A DNA stretch of 64,000 nt from an uncultured Actinomycetes bacterium (GTDB taxonomy: Bacteria; Actinomycetota; Acidimicrobiia; Acidimicrobiales; RAAP-2). A program made the position numbers and the translations under genes. The stretch spans positions 20,464-84,463 of the forward strand of contig CAIKAC010000023.1 in the NCBI GenBank assembly GCA_903825305.1, written 5' to 3'. The notes beneath the pieces were generated by a model. It was not told the DNA's origin. It did not search any database and worked only from the letters and a program-made list of their open reading frames with translations. Shown here in pieces: positions 37,319-47,372 of the stretch (within the stretch, counting starts at the first letter, position 1; the number at the start of each line of letters is the position of its first letter).

Positions 37319-39883
37319 ATGGACGCCAAGACACTTCGTCGGGAGTTCCTTGCGTTCTTTGAGAGCCGGGGACACCAAATCGTGCCGTCAGCCAGCCTGA
37401 TTCCGCACGACCCAAGCATTTTGTTCACCATCGCTGGCATGGTTCCCTTCAAGCCGTATTTCCTCGGCGATGAAACCCCGCCGTGGCCCCGCGCTACGTC
37501 GGTGCAAAAGTGCTTCCGTACCTTGGACATCGACATCATTGGTACGACATCTCGGCACTGCACCTTTTTCGAAATGCTTGGAAATTTCTCCTTCGGCGAC
37601 TATTTCAAAGAAGGCGCCATCACGATGGCCTGGGACCTCGTTACCGAAGTCATGGGTATTGATCCAGATCGCTTATGGGTGACAGTTCACGAGAGCGACG
37701 ATGAGGCGGAAGCACTCTGGCGAGACGGCGTTGGTGTGTCGCCAACTCGTATTCAGCGCCTCGGGGAAGACAATTTCTGGAAGGTGGGAGACACGGGTCC
37801 TTGTGGCCCGAGTTCGGAGATTTTCTTCGACAAGGGGGAGCGCTACGGCGCCGATGGGGGTCCGGCATTTGGTGGCGACGAGCGGTTTGTTGAGATCTGG
37901 AACCTGGTGTTCATGCAGTTCTCGCGACAGCTCGACGGCACGCTTGAGCCACTGCCAAAGACCAACATCGATACCGGGGCGGGTCTTGAACGACTCATCC
38001 CCACCCTAAACGGCACGGATTCAGTCTTCGCGACCGACATCTTCGCTGGTTTGCTCGATACCGCTCAGTCGATCACTGGCAAGACTTATGGCGCCCATGA
38101 GGCCGATGACGTGCAACTTCGCATTCTCGCGGATCACGGTCGAGCCATGACCATGTTGGTCGCAGATGGCGTGTTGCCATCGAATGAGTCGCGTGGCTAT
38201 GTGTTGCGACGCATCGTGCGACGAGCTGTCTTGGCGGCACGCCGAGCTGGCGCAACGGGCGAGATCACGTCTCGACTCGTTGAAGCCACGATCGAAAGCC
38301 TGGGCGATGATTATCCGGCGCTTCGAACAGAGTCGGACCTCGTGATGCAAGTGCTTGCTCGAGAAGAAGAGGGATTTGGACGCACCCTCAGAGCAGGAAT
38401 GGCGTTACTCGAAGAGGCCACCGCTGAGGTAAAGCGGGGCGGCGGCTCCTCTCTTGGTGGCGATGTTGCTTTTTTGCTTCACGACACCCATGGCTTTCCC
38501 ATCGAGCTGACGCAAGAGTTGGCGGCCGAACAAGATCTTGAAGTTTCGCGGAGTGAATTTGACGCCCTGATGACTGATCAGCGCGATCGCGCTCGCGCTG
38601 CTTCGAAACTGCCTCGCTCTGCCGATGAAGAGTCATACCGAAAAATTGTTGATGCCAACGGCCCCAGTGTGTTCGTGGGTCGCCGACGCGAAGAATATGA
38701 AGCCGCCGCAACGGTGGTAGCCGTTTTGGAGGGCGCCGAGGGAACCACCGAGGTGTTTCTTGATCGAACGCCGTTCTATGCCGAGAGTGGTGGGCAAATG
38801 GGTGACACGGGCGTGATTGCTAGCGCTACGGGTCGATGCATTGTCACTAACACCATTGCACCGATGCCCGGCCTTCACGCCCATCGAGGGCACATGGAAG
38901 GAACGATTGAAGTCGGCCAAGAGGTGGTGGCTACCATCGATGGAGATCGACGTGATGCTCTGCGTCGCAACCATACGGCCACTCACTTGCTTCACGCTGC
39001 TTTGCGGGAAGTACTCGGCGACCACGTTCGCCAGCAAGGCTCGTTAGTCGCACCAGATCGACTTCGTTTTGACTTTTCGCACCACGGAGCGCCGACGAGA
39101 AACGAATTGGCAGAGGTGACTCGATTGGTGAACGCGCGGATTATCAGCGACGAGGCAGTGGAGACTACGGAGACCTCTCGACAAGAGGCAGAAGCTATGG
39201 GTGCCATTGCCTTTTTCGGCGACAAATATGGAGACACGGTGCGAGTAGTGAGAGCGGGTTCGCATTCGTTGGAGTTTTGTGGCGGGACACACGTAGGGGC
39301 GCTGGGTTCTATTGGCAGTTTCTCGATCCTGTCAGAGGGATCCATTGGATCCAACACCAGGAGAATTGAAGCGGTCACCGGATTCGAAGCTATTGATCGA
39401 CTACTGCACCTTGATGAAACGGTGTCTAGCGTTGCGGCTGCCTTGCGAGCAGAGCCCGACGCGATTGTAGACAGTATTGATCGTCTCAACGAACGTCTCA
39501 AAGCAGTCGAGAAAGAACGCGACAGTTTGCGTCAAGCGGCCCTAAGTGCTTCCGCCGCCTCGTTGATGGACCAGGTCAAAAGTGGTGTCATCGTGGCTGA
39601 GCTCGAAGGTGTCGCTGCAGATGATCTTCGCAGCCTGGCAAGCGACCTTCAGAGACGCGACGCTGTGGTGGCAGTGGCCTTGGGAAGTGTGTGTGAGGAC
39701 AAGGTTGCGATTGCTGTTGCCACCGATGGTTCCTTGAATGCAAAAGACGTAGTCAAAGAAGTTGGCCCCCTGATTGGCGGCGGCGGCGGCGGATCACCGA
39801 CGTTGGCGGTAGCTGGTGGGAAGCAGCCTGGTGGGCTTGCTGCGGGTCTTGAGCGTGCTGGCTCGCTCCTGCGGGGCCAATGA
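37319..39883 (+). CDS. alaS: alanine--tRNA ligase
   Basis: FLAFFESRGH, FTIAGM, FFEMLGNFSFGDYFK, editing domain HTATHLLHAALR, and a C-terminal DHHA1 with a GGGGG run. Confidence 0.95.
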   Translation: MDAKTLRREFLAFFESRGHQIVPSASLIPHDPSILFTIAGMVPFKPYFLGDETPPWPRATSVQKCFRTLDIDIIGTTSRHCTFFEMLGNFSFGDYFKEGAITMAWDLVTEVMGIDPDRLWVTVHESDDEAEALWRDGVGVSPTRIQRLGEDNFWKVGDTGPCGPSSEIFFDKGERYGADGGPAFGGDERFVEIWNLVFMQFSRQLDGTLEPLPKTNIDTGAGLERLIPTLNGTDSVFATDIFAGLLDTAQSITGKTYGAHEADDVQLRILADHGRAMTMLVADGVLPSNESRGYVLRRIVRRAVLAARRAGATGEITSRLVEATIESLGDDYPALRTESDLVMQVLAREEEGFGRTLRAGMALLEEATAEVKRGGGSSLGGDVAFLLHDTHGFPIELTQELAAEQDLEVSRSEFDALMTDQRDRARAASKLPRSADEESYRKIVDANGPSVFVGRRREEYEAAATVVAVLEGAEGTTEVFLDRTPFYAESGGQMGDTGVIASATGRCIVTNTIAPMPGLHAHRGHMEGTIEVGQEVVATIDGDRRDALRRNHTATHLLHAALREVLGDHVRQQGSLVAPDRLRFDFSHHGAPTRNELAEVTRLVNARIISDEAVETTETSRQEAEAMGAIAFFGDKYGDTVRVVRAGSHSLEFCGGTHVGALGSIGSFSILSEGSIGSNTRRIEAVTGFEAIDRLLHLDETVSSVAAALRAEPDAIVDSIDRLNERLKAVEKERDSLRQAALSASAASLMDQVKSGVIVAELEGVAADDLRSLASDLQRRDAVVAVALGSVCEDKVAIAVATDGSLNAKDVVKEVGPLIGGGGGGSPTLAVAGGKQPGGLAAGLERAGSLLRGQ

Positions 39884-40308
39884 CTCAAGCGCCTGGCCGT
39901 GTGCTCGCTTTGGATCTCGGGGAACGGCGAACCGGGGTAGCGATCTCTGATAGCCAAAGATCGATGGCGCTTGCCCGACCGACATTTGGCGGCCTCATGG
40001 AGCAAGATTTATTGGTGCGCCAAATTGTCGAATGTGCCGAAGAAGAGCGGGTTACGACCTTGGTCGTGGGGCTGCCGAGAAGCCTCAACGGCAAAGAGTC
40101 GAGTCGGGCGGGTGCGACCCGGCGATTCGTGGCGCAGCTAGCACCTTCGCTGCCTGAAGTCCCCATTGACCTCTTCGATGAGCGCCTTACGACTGTGGAG
40201 GCGTCACGATCGCTCCACGAGGCAGGATTGTCGGCAAAATCCCAAAAAGGTCTGATTGATTCGCAATCGGCGGTCATTCTTTTGGAAGGCTGGTTGGCGT
40301 GTCAATAG
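39880..40308 (+). CDS. ruvX: Holliday junction resolvase-like pre-16S rRNA nuclease RuvX (YqgF)
   Basis: VLALDLGERRTGVAISD and VVGLPRSLNGKES...DERLTTVEA. ATGA overlap with alaS. Confidence 0.85.
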   Translation: MTQAPGRVLALDLGERRTGVAISDSQRSMALARPTFGGLMEQDLLVRQIVECAEEERVTTLVVGLPRSLNGKESSRAGATRRFVAQLAPSLPEVPIDLFDERLTTVEASRSLHEAGLSAKSQKGLIDSQSAVILLEGWLACQ

Positions 40309-41378
40309 ACAACCCAAATCTTGACCTAGACGTAGGCTCATCGACGACGCCTCGACATCGCCACGCGCGCGAACAACGCCGACCACTCCGTTGGATCATC
40401 CTCGGCATCGTGGTTCTGTTTGTGATCATCATTGGCTATTACGAAGTTGAGAACCACGCCATCATTGCCTCGGGATCGGGAAGCAGCGTGATCACGGTGA
40501 GTTCTGGCGAATCTGCTTCTCAAGTTTTTGGCGATATGGCCAACAAAAACATCATCGGGTCGGCGACCATGATGCGCCTGTACGTGACGATCCATGGTAC
40601 GCCGACAATTTTGCCGGGGAGTTACCAAATGCCCCAAGCATCAACCTTTGGCGCCGCTTCGACTCTGTTGAACGCCGGACCCAACATCATTCCTGTTGAG
40701 GTACCAGCTGGCTTTACCTTCAAAGAAATTGTAAATCGCATTGCTGCATTCGGAGCCACCAAGGTGGCGGATGCCATGGTGGCGGCGGAAAAATCTGGGG
40801 CAGTTCGGTCACCCTTTGAATCTGCGTCAATGAATAATCTCGAAGGCCTCTTGGCACCAGGTGAGTACCTCATCAAACCAACTGATACCGGAGCAGGCGT
40901 GCTTCAGCTCATGGTGAATCGTTTTGTATCGTTGGCCGCTGCCAACGGCTTGACACCATCGACCAAGGTGAGTGGCCTCGACGCCTACGAACTTGTCACC
41001 GCTGCCTCGATTGTTGAAAAAGAGGGCTATTTTGCCGTGAACATGCCCAAAGTGGCACGAGTGATTTACAACCGGCTCGCCAAGGCAATGCCGCTGCAGA
41101 TGGACTCAACCATCCTCTATGCGCTGGGCCGAGATGGGGGAACGGTGACGTCAGCCGATCTCGCAATTCATTCGCCCTACAACACCTACCTCAACGCAGG
41201 CTTGCCGCCGACTCCTACATGTATGGCTTCGGGAGAGGCCATACATGCCGTGATGAATGCCCCGGAAGGTGCCTGGCTGTATTTCGTGGTCATTAACAAA
41301 GCTGGCGTGGAAGCGTTCTCGAACACCTATGCCGAACAACTTGCCAATGAGGCACTTGCGAGAGCGGCAGGCGTATGA
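40299..41378 (+). CDS. mltG: endolytic murein transglycosylase MltG (YceG family)
   Basis: N-terminal TM segment, YceG core (LEGLLAPGEYLI, SIVEKE, VIYNRL, LQMDSTILYA, PYNTYLNAGLPPTP). Confidence 0.85.
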   Translation: MSIDNPNLDLDVGSSTTPRHRHAREQRRPLRWIILGIVVLFVIIIGYYEVENHAIIASGSGSSVITVSSGESASQVFGDMANKNIIGSATMMRLYVTIHGTPTILPGSYQMPQASTFGAASTLLNAGPNIIPVEVPAGFTFKEIVNRIAAFGATKVADAMVAAEKSGAVRSPFESASMNNLEGLLAPGEYLIKPTDTGAGVLQLMVNRFVSLAAANGLTPSTKVSGLDAYELVTAASIVEKEGYFAVNMPKVARVIYNRLAKAMPLQMDSTILYALGRDGGTVTSADLAIHSPYNTYLNAGLPPTPTCMASGEAIHAVMNAPEGAWLYFVVINKAGVEAFSNTYAEQLANEALARAAGV

Positions 41379-42211
41379 GTACCCCGATAGTCAAAGCCGG
41401 CGTTGCAGGTTCGCCCATCGAGCATTCGCTCTCGCCTACCTTGCACGAAGCGGCATTTCAGGCCCTTGGCCTCCCTTGGCGCTCTGAACGTCTTGAATTT
41501 GGGCTGGGAGAAGGCCAAGCACTGCTCGAATTGATTCGAGACCGCGACTTGCGAGGTGTGTCCGTTACCATGCCGCTCAAGGCGGAATTGGTGCATCTTT
41601 TGGACTGGGTCGCCACTGAAGCGTGGCGGCTGCAGTCGGTGAATTGCGTGGTCTCAGAAGATGGGCACCTCACGGGCTACTCAACAGATGGTGAAGGATT
41701 CGTCAATTGGTTGCACTATGAAGACCAGGTTCACCTCGAAGGAAAAAAATGCCTGGTTATCGGTTCTGGGGGAGCAGCCAGAGCAGTGGCAGCAGCGCTG
41801 AATGATGCTCAGGCTGCTGAAATTGTTGTTTCGGCACGAAGCGAAGAACGAGCACGGGATCTCGTTGAGCTCTTAGGCCCCACAGGCAGAATCGCGACTG
41901 ACGATGATGTTAGGGATGCCGACATCATCGTCAATGCGACGCCGCAAGGCATGGCTGGTACCAACACCGAGCATGAGATGCCGTGTGACCCATCTCAGAT
42001 CAGCTTGAGCGCCATTGCTGTCGATTTGGTGTACCACCCGCTCGAAACGGCTTGGCTTCGACAATTACAGCAACGAGGCGTGGCCGGACATGGGGGCTTG
42101 GGAATGTTGGTGCACCAAGCAGCTATTCAGATCGAATTGTGGACCGGTGCTGAAGCTCCGATTCCCGAAATGCTGACAGCTGCCAAGCAGGCAATGCTGG
42201 GTCGATCATGA
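41375..42211 (+). CDS. aroE: shikimate dehydrogenase
   Basis: AGVAGSPIEHSLSPTLH, VTMPLK, GSGGAARA, and the C-terminal GLGMLVHQAAIQIELWTG. Confidence 0.85.
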   Translation: MSTPIVKAGVAGSPIEHSLSPTLHEAAFQALGLPWRSERLEFGLGEGQALLELIRDRDLRGVSVTMPLKAELVHLLDWVATEAWRLQSVNCVVSEDGHLTGYSTDGEGFVNWLHYEDQVHLEGKKCLVIGSGGAARAVAAALNDAQAAEIVVSARSEERARDLVELLGPTGRIATDDDVRDADIIVNATPQGMAGTNTEHEMPCDPSQISLSAIAVDLVYHPLETAWLRQLQQRGVAGHGGLGMLVHQAAIQIELWTGAEAPIPEMLTAAKQAMLGRS

Positions 42212-43359
42212 CGTTGCTGCAAAGCCCTCGCACCGCTCGCTCCACGGGCGGATCTACCGATTGGTGGCTGGTCCTCGCTTGTATCGGAGCCTCGCTTATT
42301 GGCATGGTCATGATCTATACGGCGACTCGTACCGGATTGGCCGTCAACGGTCTAGCTGGTACTTATTTCGTAAAGCGACAGGCAATCTTCGTGTTTATGG
42401 GGATTGTCGCGATGTTGATTCTCACCATGCTTGATTATCGAATTTTTGAGCAGTTTGCTACGGCCACCTACATTGTGATGGTGGGCATGTTGCTCATGGT
42501 GTTGTCTCCATTTGGCAGTCATGCCCTCGGGGCGCAGCGATGGTTCTCGCTCGGCTTTGTGCAAATTCAACCCTCTGAATTTGCCTTGCTCGCCCTTATT
42601 TTGGCTGTAGCAACCTATTGCTCAAGACGTCCAGAGGGTTTGAGCCTTCGAGATGTATCTCGACTCCTGCTCATGGCGGGATTCATGATGGTGTTGATCC
42701 TGGTTCAGCCAGACCTGGGCACCTCGATCATTATGGGCATCACCTTGCTCGTTATGTTGACCGTGGCGGGATTGCCAGGCCGCATTCTGACCCTGCTGTT
42801 GCTAGGAACCGTTTTGCTCGGCATCGTGGTGTTCGCCGGCGGCATTTTGAGTCACTATCAAATTCTTCGGATTACGAGCTTTTTGCACCAAGACTCCTCC
42901 AGTCCAGGCTTGGCGCAATACATCTACAACGTCAATCAAGCCAAAACAGCTATCGGGGCCGGTGGCTTGTTTGGTACGGGCATTGGTCACGGGGGTCTTA
43001 CGAACCTTGGTTATGTGCCGGAACAACAGACCGACTTCATCTTCACTGCCGTTGGTGAACAACTTGGATTTATTGGTTCCGCCGCCGTGTTGGCGTTGCT
43101 TGGTTTCATCTCATGGCGAGTGCTGCGCATCGCCATGCAAGCCAAAGACATCCTTGGTCGACTTATCGCCATCGGTGTGTTTACCTTCTTCACCTTCTCT
43201 GTCTTTCAAAATGCCGGCATGACCATGGGCATTATGCCTGTCACCGGCATTCCGCTGCCCTTCTTTAGTTACGGCGGATCGAGTGCGCTGGTGTTCTTCA
43301 TCGCGATCGGCCTTGCGCTTTCGGTAGGCGCTCGCAGGGGTGGAGTCGCAGGCCCGTGA
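42208..43359 (+). CDS. SEDS family peptidoglycan glycosyltransferase (FtsW/RodA/SpoVE), 383 aa
   Basis: Ten-TM SEDS layout with PSEFA, QPDLGT, EQQTDFIFTAVGEQLGFIG and GIPLPFFSYGGSS. ATGA overlap with aroE. Confidence 0.85.
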   Translation: MTLLQSPRTARSTGGSTDWWLVLACIGASLIGMVMIYTATRTGLAVNGLAGTYFVKRQAIFVFMGIVAMLILTMLDYRIFEQFATATYIVMVGMLLMVLSPFGSHALGAQRWFSLGFVQIQPSEFALLALILAVATYCSRRPEGLSLRDVSRLLLMAGFMMVLILVQPDLGTSIIMGITLLVMLTVAGLPGRILTLLLLGTVLLGIVVFAGGILSHYQILRITSFLHQDSSSPGLAQYIYNVNQAKTAIGAGGLFGTGIGHGGLTNLGYVPEQQTDFIFTAVGEQLGFIGSAAVLALLGFISWRVLRIAMQAKDILGRLIAIGVFTFFTFSVFQNAGMTMGIMPVTGIPLPFFSYGGSSALVFFIAIGLALSVGARRGGVAGP

Positions 43360-43805
43360 GCGAGATGATGGAACCAGGTGATGCTGAAGATCTCGAGACC
43401 GTATGGATTCTCTGTGATGTCGTGGATGTAGGGGTTTCTCTGAGTACTGAAGCTGGCTTTGTCACATTGAGAGAGCAGGGCGGCGCTCAGCGTGAAGTGT
43501 CTATGGCCATTGGTATGGCTGAAGCGGTGGGTCTCCAGCGCGCCCGTGAAGTTCGGGCGGGGCAGCGGCCGAGCACACACGAACTCTTTGTGGATGTGCT
43601 CCAAAGCTTGCGCGTAGAAGTGGTTGCTGCACGCATTCACCGATTCACACGTGATGCCTATCGAGCAAAACTGGTCCTTATGGCGCAACAAGAGTCAATC
43701 GTTGTCGATGCAAGACCCTCAGACGCCCTGATCCTTGCCGCTCGGCAAGTCGTACCCTCGCCGATCTTGGTATCTGATCAAAGCTTTTCGCAGTTCGCCA
43801 ACTAA
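43356..43805 (+). CDS. bifunctional nuclease (BFN, DUF151) domain protein
   Basis: Aligns with M. tuberculosis Rv1829-type BFN proteins (IGMAEAVGL, RPSTHELFVDVL, ARPSDALILA). GTGA overlap with the upstream SEDS gene. Confidence 0.75.
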   Translation: MSEMMEPGDAEDLETVWILCDVVDVGVSLSTEAGFVTLREQGGAQREVSMAIGMAEAVGLQRAREVRAGQRPSTHELFVDVLQSLRVEVVAARIHRFTRDAYRAKLVLMAQQESIVVDARPSDALILAARQVVPSPILVSDQSFSQFAN

Positions 43806-45202
43806 GAGCGAGCAACGACGAGCGTGGCATCGTCAGAGCTCAATGCGTCAGTCTCAATCCAGTCAGGACCGGTTTCTGATGAGATGCGCGACAGCACGGC
43901 AATCAAGACATAGTTCGCTACCAGTGACGATCCACCGCGTGCAACAAATGGCAAGGTGATGCCTGTGAAGGGCAAGATTCGGAGAATGCCGGCAAAGATG
44001 AAGAAGGCTTGAAACCCAAGGATGATGGTCAGACCCATAGCGCAGAGTCGCGCAAACTCGGAGCGGGCGCGCTGAGCAATGTTGAAACCCGCTCCAACGA
44101 GCAAGGTGTAAGTGATGACCAAGATCGCGGTACCCATGAACCCCAGTTCCTCGGCAATTGCTACATAAATCAAGTCCGAGGTGAGGTAGGGGATAGAGCC
44201 TGATTGGCCGAGACCAAGTCCCGAACCACCAATGCCTCCGGATCCCAGGGAATACCAAGACTGGACCAACTGCTGACCTTTTCCTTGTGCGTAGCGCCAA
44301 GGGTCAAGCCAAATATCCACTCGTTGGTGCACTTGGCCGAAGAAATGGAACGCAAAAATGGCGCCGATCACAAACAGGCCGATGCCGATCACGAGGTAGA
44401 AGGCTCTGCCAGTTGCCACCCACAACATGGCGATGAAGAGGGTGAACATGAGCATGGCAAAGCCAATGTCATTTTCCATGCCCAAAATCGCCATCGCGAA
44501 CAGCCACATTCCCAAAACTGGAATCAAGGGCTTAGGACTTAGCACGAGGCGATTGCCGATTCGGGCAGTGGGAATCGAAAGCAATTCCTTCTTGTCGGCA
44601 AAATAACTCGCGAAGAAGATAACGAGCAAAATCTTGGCGATCTCTACGGGTTGAAAAACGAACGGTCCCCCGAAGCTAACCCATAGCGAAGCGCCATTGA
44701 CGTTGAGGCCGATGATGGGGAACAGCGGCGCCAACATCAACAGGATGGCGATGAGCAAAATGATGTATCGAAAGCGGTCAAGATCCCTGGTTCTGCGAAC
44801 AATGAGCAAGGATGCGGCGTAGAGCACCACACCGAGCGCGGTCCACATGGCCTGAGCTTGGGCCGCGGGCGGATTCCACCGAACGATCTCCACGTAACCA
44901 ATCCCATTGAGCAAAACACACAGGGGAACCACCATGGCGTTGGCATGGGGTGCAAGCCAGCGGTTGATGATGTTCAGCGAGAAGCTGATTCCGGCCAGCA
45001 TGGCCAAAAACGTCACCGTATGGGCGGGAAGGTGATTTTTGGCTCCGAGAGACGCGAGAAGGTACAACGCCGAGATGATGACCCAAACGAAGACCAATAA
45101 GCCCAGTTCTGTACGACGCCGTGGCTTGGGGATCCTCTGGAACGGAGGCAGAATCGAGCCTCTCTTCGCAAGAAATTCACCTGCCGATGTCTCAGTTACC
45201 AC
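43802..45202 (-). CDS. rodA: SEDS family peptidoglycan glycosyltransferase, actinobacterial RodA-like, 466 aa
   Basis: The long N-terminus with RRRTELGLLVF, LLNGIGYVEI, QPVEIAKI, TSDLIYVAIAEELGFMG and GITLPFVARGGSS resembles mycobacterial RodA. Confidence 0.8.
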   Translation of the reverse strand: MVTETSAGEFLAKRGSILPPFQRIPKPRRRTELGLLVFVWVIISALYLLASLGAKNHLPAHTVTFLAMLAGISFSLNIINRWLAPHANAMVVPLCVLLNGIGYVEIVRWNPPAAQAQAMWTALGVVLYAASLLIVRRTRDLDRFRYIILLIAILLMLAPLFPIIGLNVNGASLWVSFGGPFVFQPVEIAKILLVIFFASYFADKKELLSIPTARIGNRLVLSPKPLIPVLGMWLFAMAILGMENDIGFAMLMFTLFIAMLWVATGRAFYLVIGIGLFVIGAIFAFHFFGQVHQRVDIWLDPWRYAQGKGQQLVQSWYSLGSGGIGGSGLGLGQSGSIPYLTSDLIYVAIAEELGFMGTAILVITYTLLVGAGFNIAQRARSEFARLCAMGLTIILGFQAFFIFAGILRILPFTGITLPFVARGGSSLVANYVLIAVLSRISSETGPDWIETDALSSDDATLVVARS

Positions 45203-45260
45203 GTTGGAAGCGTACCTGTCTCGGTAGACTCAATGTGGCACACCTAGCGAGGAAACATCA

Positions 45261-47372
45261 GTGGATGATCAAGTTCAGACCGAAGCGTCGATTGAGGAGC
45301 ACTCCGTAGATTCCTTCGGGACGCAGCGCTTCGCTAACCGAGAGCTTTCTCGCCTTGATTTTGGGGCTCGTTTGCTTGATCTTGCAGAAGATCCCAACCA
45401 AAAATTGCTGGAAAGGGTCAAGTTTCTGGCGATTTTCTCTGAATTGCTCGATGAGTTTTTCCAAGTACGCGTTGCGAACTTAGAAGACCAGGCCGAAGCC
45501 AATGTTCGGCGGACTTCCGTCGATGGATTGACACCAGCCGAGCAACTGCCCTTAATGAGGGCTCGTGTATTGGAATTGGCGGCTCGAGTTGATGAAATCT
45601 TCCTCAACCAACTGATTCCTGCTCTGAAGCAAGCTGGCATCCGCTTGTCGAAGTGGAGTGAACTTGACGCGGTAGATCAAGCCTTCCTCTCTAATTTCTT
45701 TGATGACCTGATCTTTCCCGTGTTGACTCCTCTTTCGGTCGACCCAGGCCATCCCTTCCCAATTATTTCCAACCTCTCTCTCAATCTGGCCATTGTCGTC
45801 AAAGACTCTCAAAGTGGCGAGGAGCGGGTAGCGCGCGTAAAGGTGCCTGCGAATTTGCCCCGCTTCGTGGTGATGCCCGACGGCGAGCGGTTTGTCGGCC
45901 TAGAGGATGTCATCTCAGCCAACTTGGCCGAGTTATTCCCTGGCATGGAGATCGGCGAACACAACGCGTTTAGGGTCACAAGAAATGCTGACCTTGCTCT
46001 AGCGGAAGAGGAAGCGGACGATCTTCTCGTGGCTCTTGAGCAAGAGCTGGCTCGTCGGCGCTTCGGTGAAGCTGTTCGCCTCGAAGTCACCGCTGACTCG
46101 AGCGCAGAGACTCGAGCCATGCTCGCGAGTGAACTCGGATTGCCGCCCGAGAGCGTGTATGTATCATCTGCTCCTTTAGGCCTTGGTGGACTTTGGGCGC
46201 TGTACGGGCTTGACCGCCCGGATCTCAAGGGGCAATCGTGGAAACCAATCACACCTCATCAGTTAAAGAACGCCGATGGAAGTAAGGCTGACATTTTTGA
46301 GGTGCTCCGCAAGGGGGATCTTTTGGTTCATCACCCCTACGATTCATTCTCGGCTTCGGTAGAGCAATTTGTAGCCCAGGCCGCTCACGATCCTGACGTG
46401 CTCGGTATCAAACAGACCTTGTATCGCACCTCGGGCGACAGTCCCATCGTTGCCTCACTCATCGAGGCAGCAGCTGCAGGAAAGCAAGTTGCTGCGCTCG
46501 TTGAACTTAAAGCCCGGTTCGATGAAGAGGCCAATATCGGCTGGGCAAAGGCGTTAGAAGACGCTGGCGTCCACGTCGTCTACGGCATCGTGGGATACAA
46601 GACACACTCAAAAACCGCACTCGTACTTCGCCGCGAGGGAAACCGCATTCGTCGCTATTGCCACATTGGTACCGGGAACTACAACTCGAGGACCGCTCGC
46701 ATCTACGAGGATCTAGGCCTGTTGACTGCCGACGAGGACATTGCGCAAGACGTGGGTGAACTCTTCAATTATTTGACTGGTTTCGCTCGGTTGGGCGAAT
46801 TCAACAAAATCCTGGTGTCGCCGGTGACGATGCGTTCTGGCATCGTGGAAGAAATCGAACATCAGGCTGCGCTAGGTCCCAAGGGGCGCATCACGATCAA
46901 GTGCAATGGCTTGACCGACCCTGCATCCATTGATGCGCTCTACCGCGCTTCGATGGCAGGGGTTCCGATTGATCTTGCCGTTCGGGGCATGTGCTGTTTG
47001 CGCCCAGGGATACCTGGTCTTTCTGAGACCATCACGGTTCGCTCCATCGTGGGTGAGTTCTTGGAACACAGTCGCATTTTTGCCTTTGGCGATCCCAACG
47101 GCATTGAGCCTGTGCGAGTCTTCATTGGCTCGGCTGACCTGATGGAGCGCAACTTAGATCGCCGAATTGAAGCCGCGGCACCCATTGGTGATCCCACCCT
47201 CATCCACAAGGTGCTGCACATTCTTGATTTAGTGTTCCACGACGACACCAATACTTGGCTGCTGGGGCCAGACCAGCGCTGGCGACGCTTGGTGGGCACC
47301 GGTGAGCACAGTCTCCATGAGACGCTGAGGCGCGAAGCGCTCGATGCGTCTCGCCGAAATGAAACTGCTTAA
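45261..47372 (+). CDS. ppk: polyphosphate kinase 1
   Basis: FANRELSRLDFGARLL, autophosphorylation-region KTHSKTALV, and two PLD-like C domains. GTG start. Confidence 0.95.
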   Translation: MDDQVQTEASIEEHSVDSFGTQRFANRELSRLDFGARLLDLAEDPNQKLLERVKFLAIFSELLDEFFQVRVANLEDQAEANVRRTSVDGLTPAEQLPLMRARVLELAARVDEIFLNQLIPALKQAGIRLSKWSELDAVDQAFLSNFFDDLIFPVLTPLSVDPGHPFPIISNLSLNLAIVVKDSQSGEERVARVKVPANLPRFVVMPDGERFVGLEDVISANLAELFPGMEIGEHNAFRVTRNADLALAEEEADDLLVALEQELARRRFGEAVRLEVTADSSAETRAMLASELGLPPESVYVSSAPLGLGGLWALYGLDRPDLKGQSWKPITPHQLKNADGSKADIFEVLRKGDLLVHHPYDSFSASVEQFVAQAAHDPDVLGIKQTLYRTSGDSPIVASLIEAAAAGKQVAALVELKARFDEEANIGWAKALEDAGVHVVYGIVGYKTHSKTALVLRREGNRIRRYCHIGTGNYNSRTARIYEDLGLLTADEDIAQDVGELFNYLTGFARLGEFNKILVSPVTMRSGIVEEIEHQAALGPKGRITIKCNGLTDPASIDALYRASMAGVPIDLAVRGMCCLRPGIPGLSETITVRSIVGEFLEHSRIFAFGDPNGIEPVRVFIGSADLMERNLDRRIEAAAPIGDPTLIHKVLHILDLVFHDDTNTWLLGPDQRWRRLVGTGEHSLHETLRREALDASRRNETA

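Noticed and set aside
39776-39795. A GGC trinucleotide run.
   Set aside because: It encodes the GGGGG loop in the C-terminal domain of AlaS. It is in frame and short, so it is not a repeat element.
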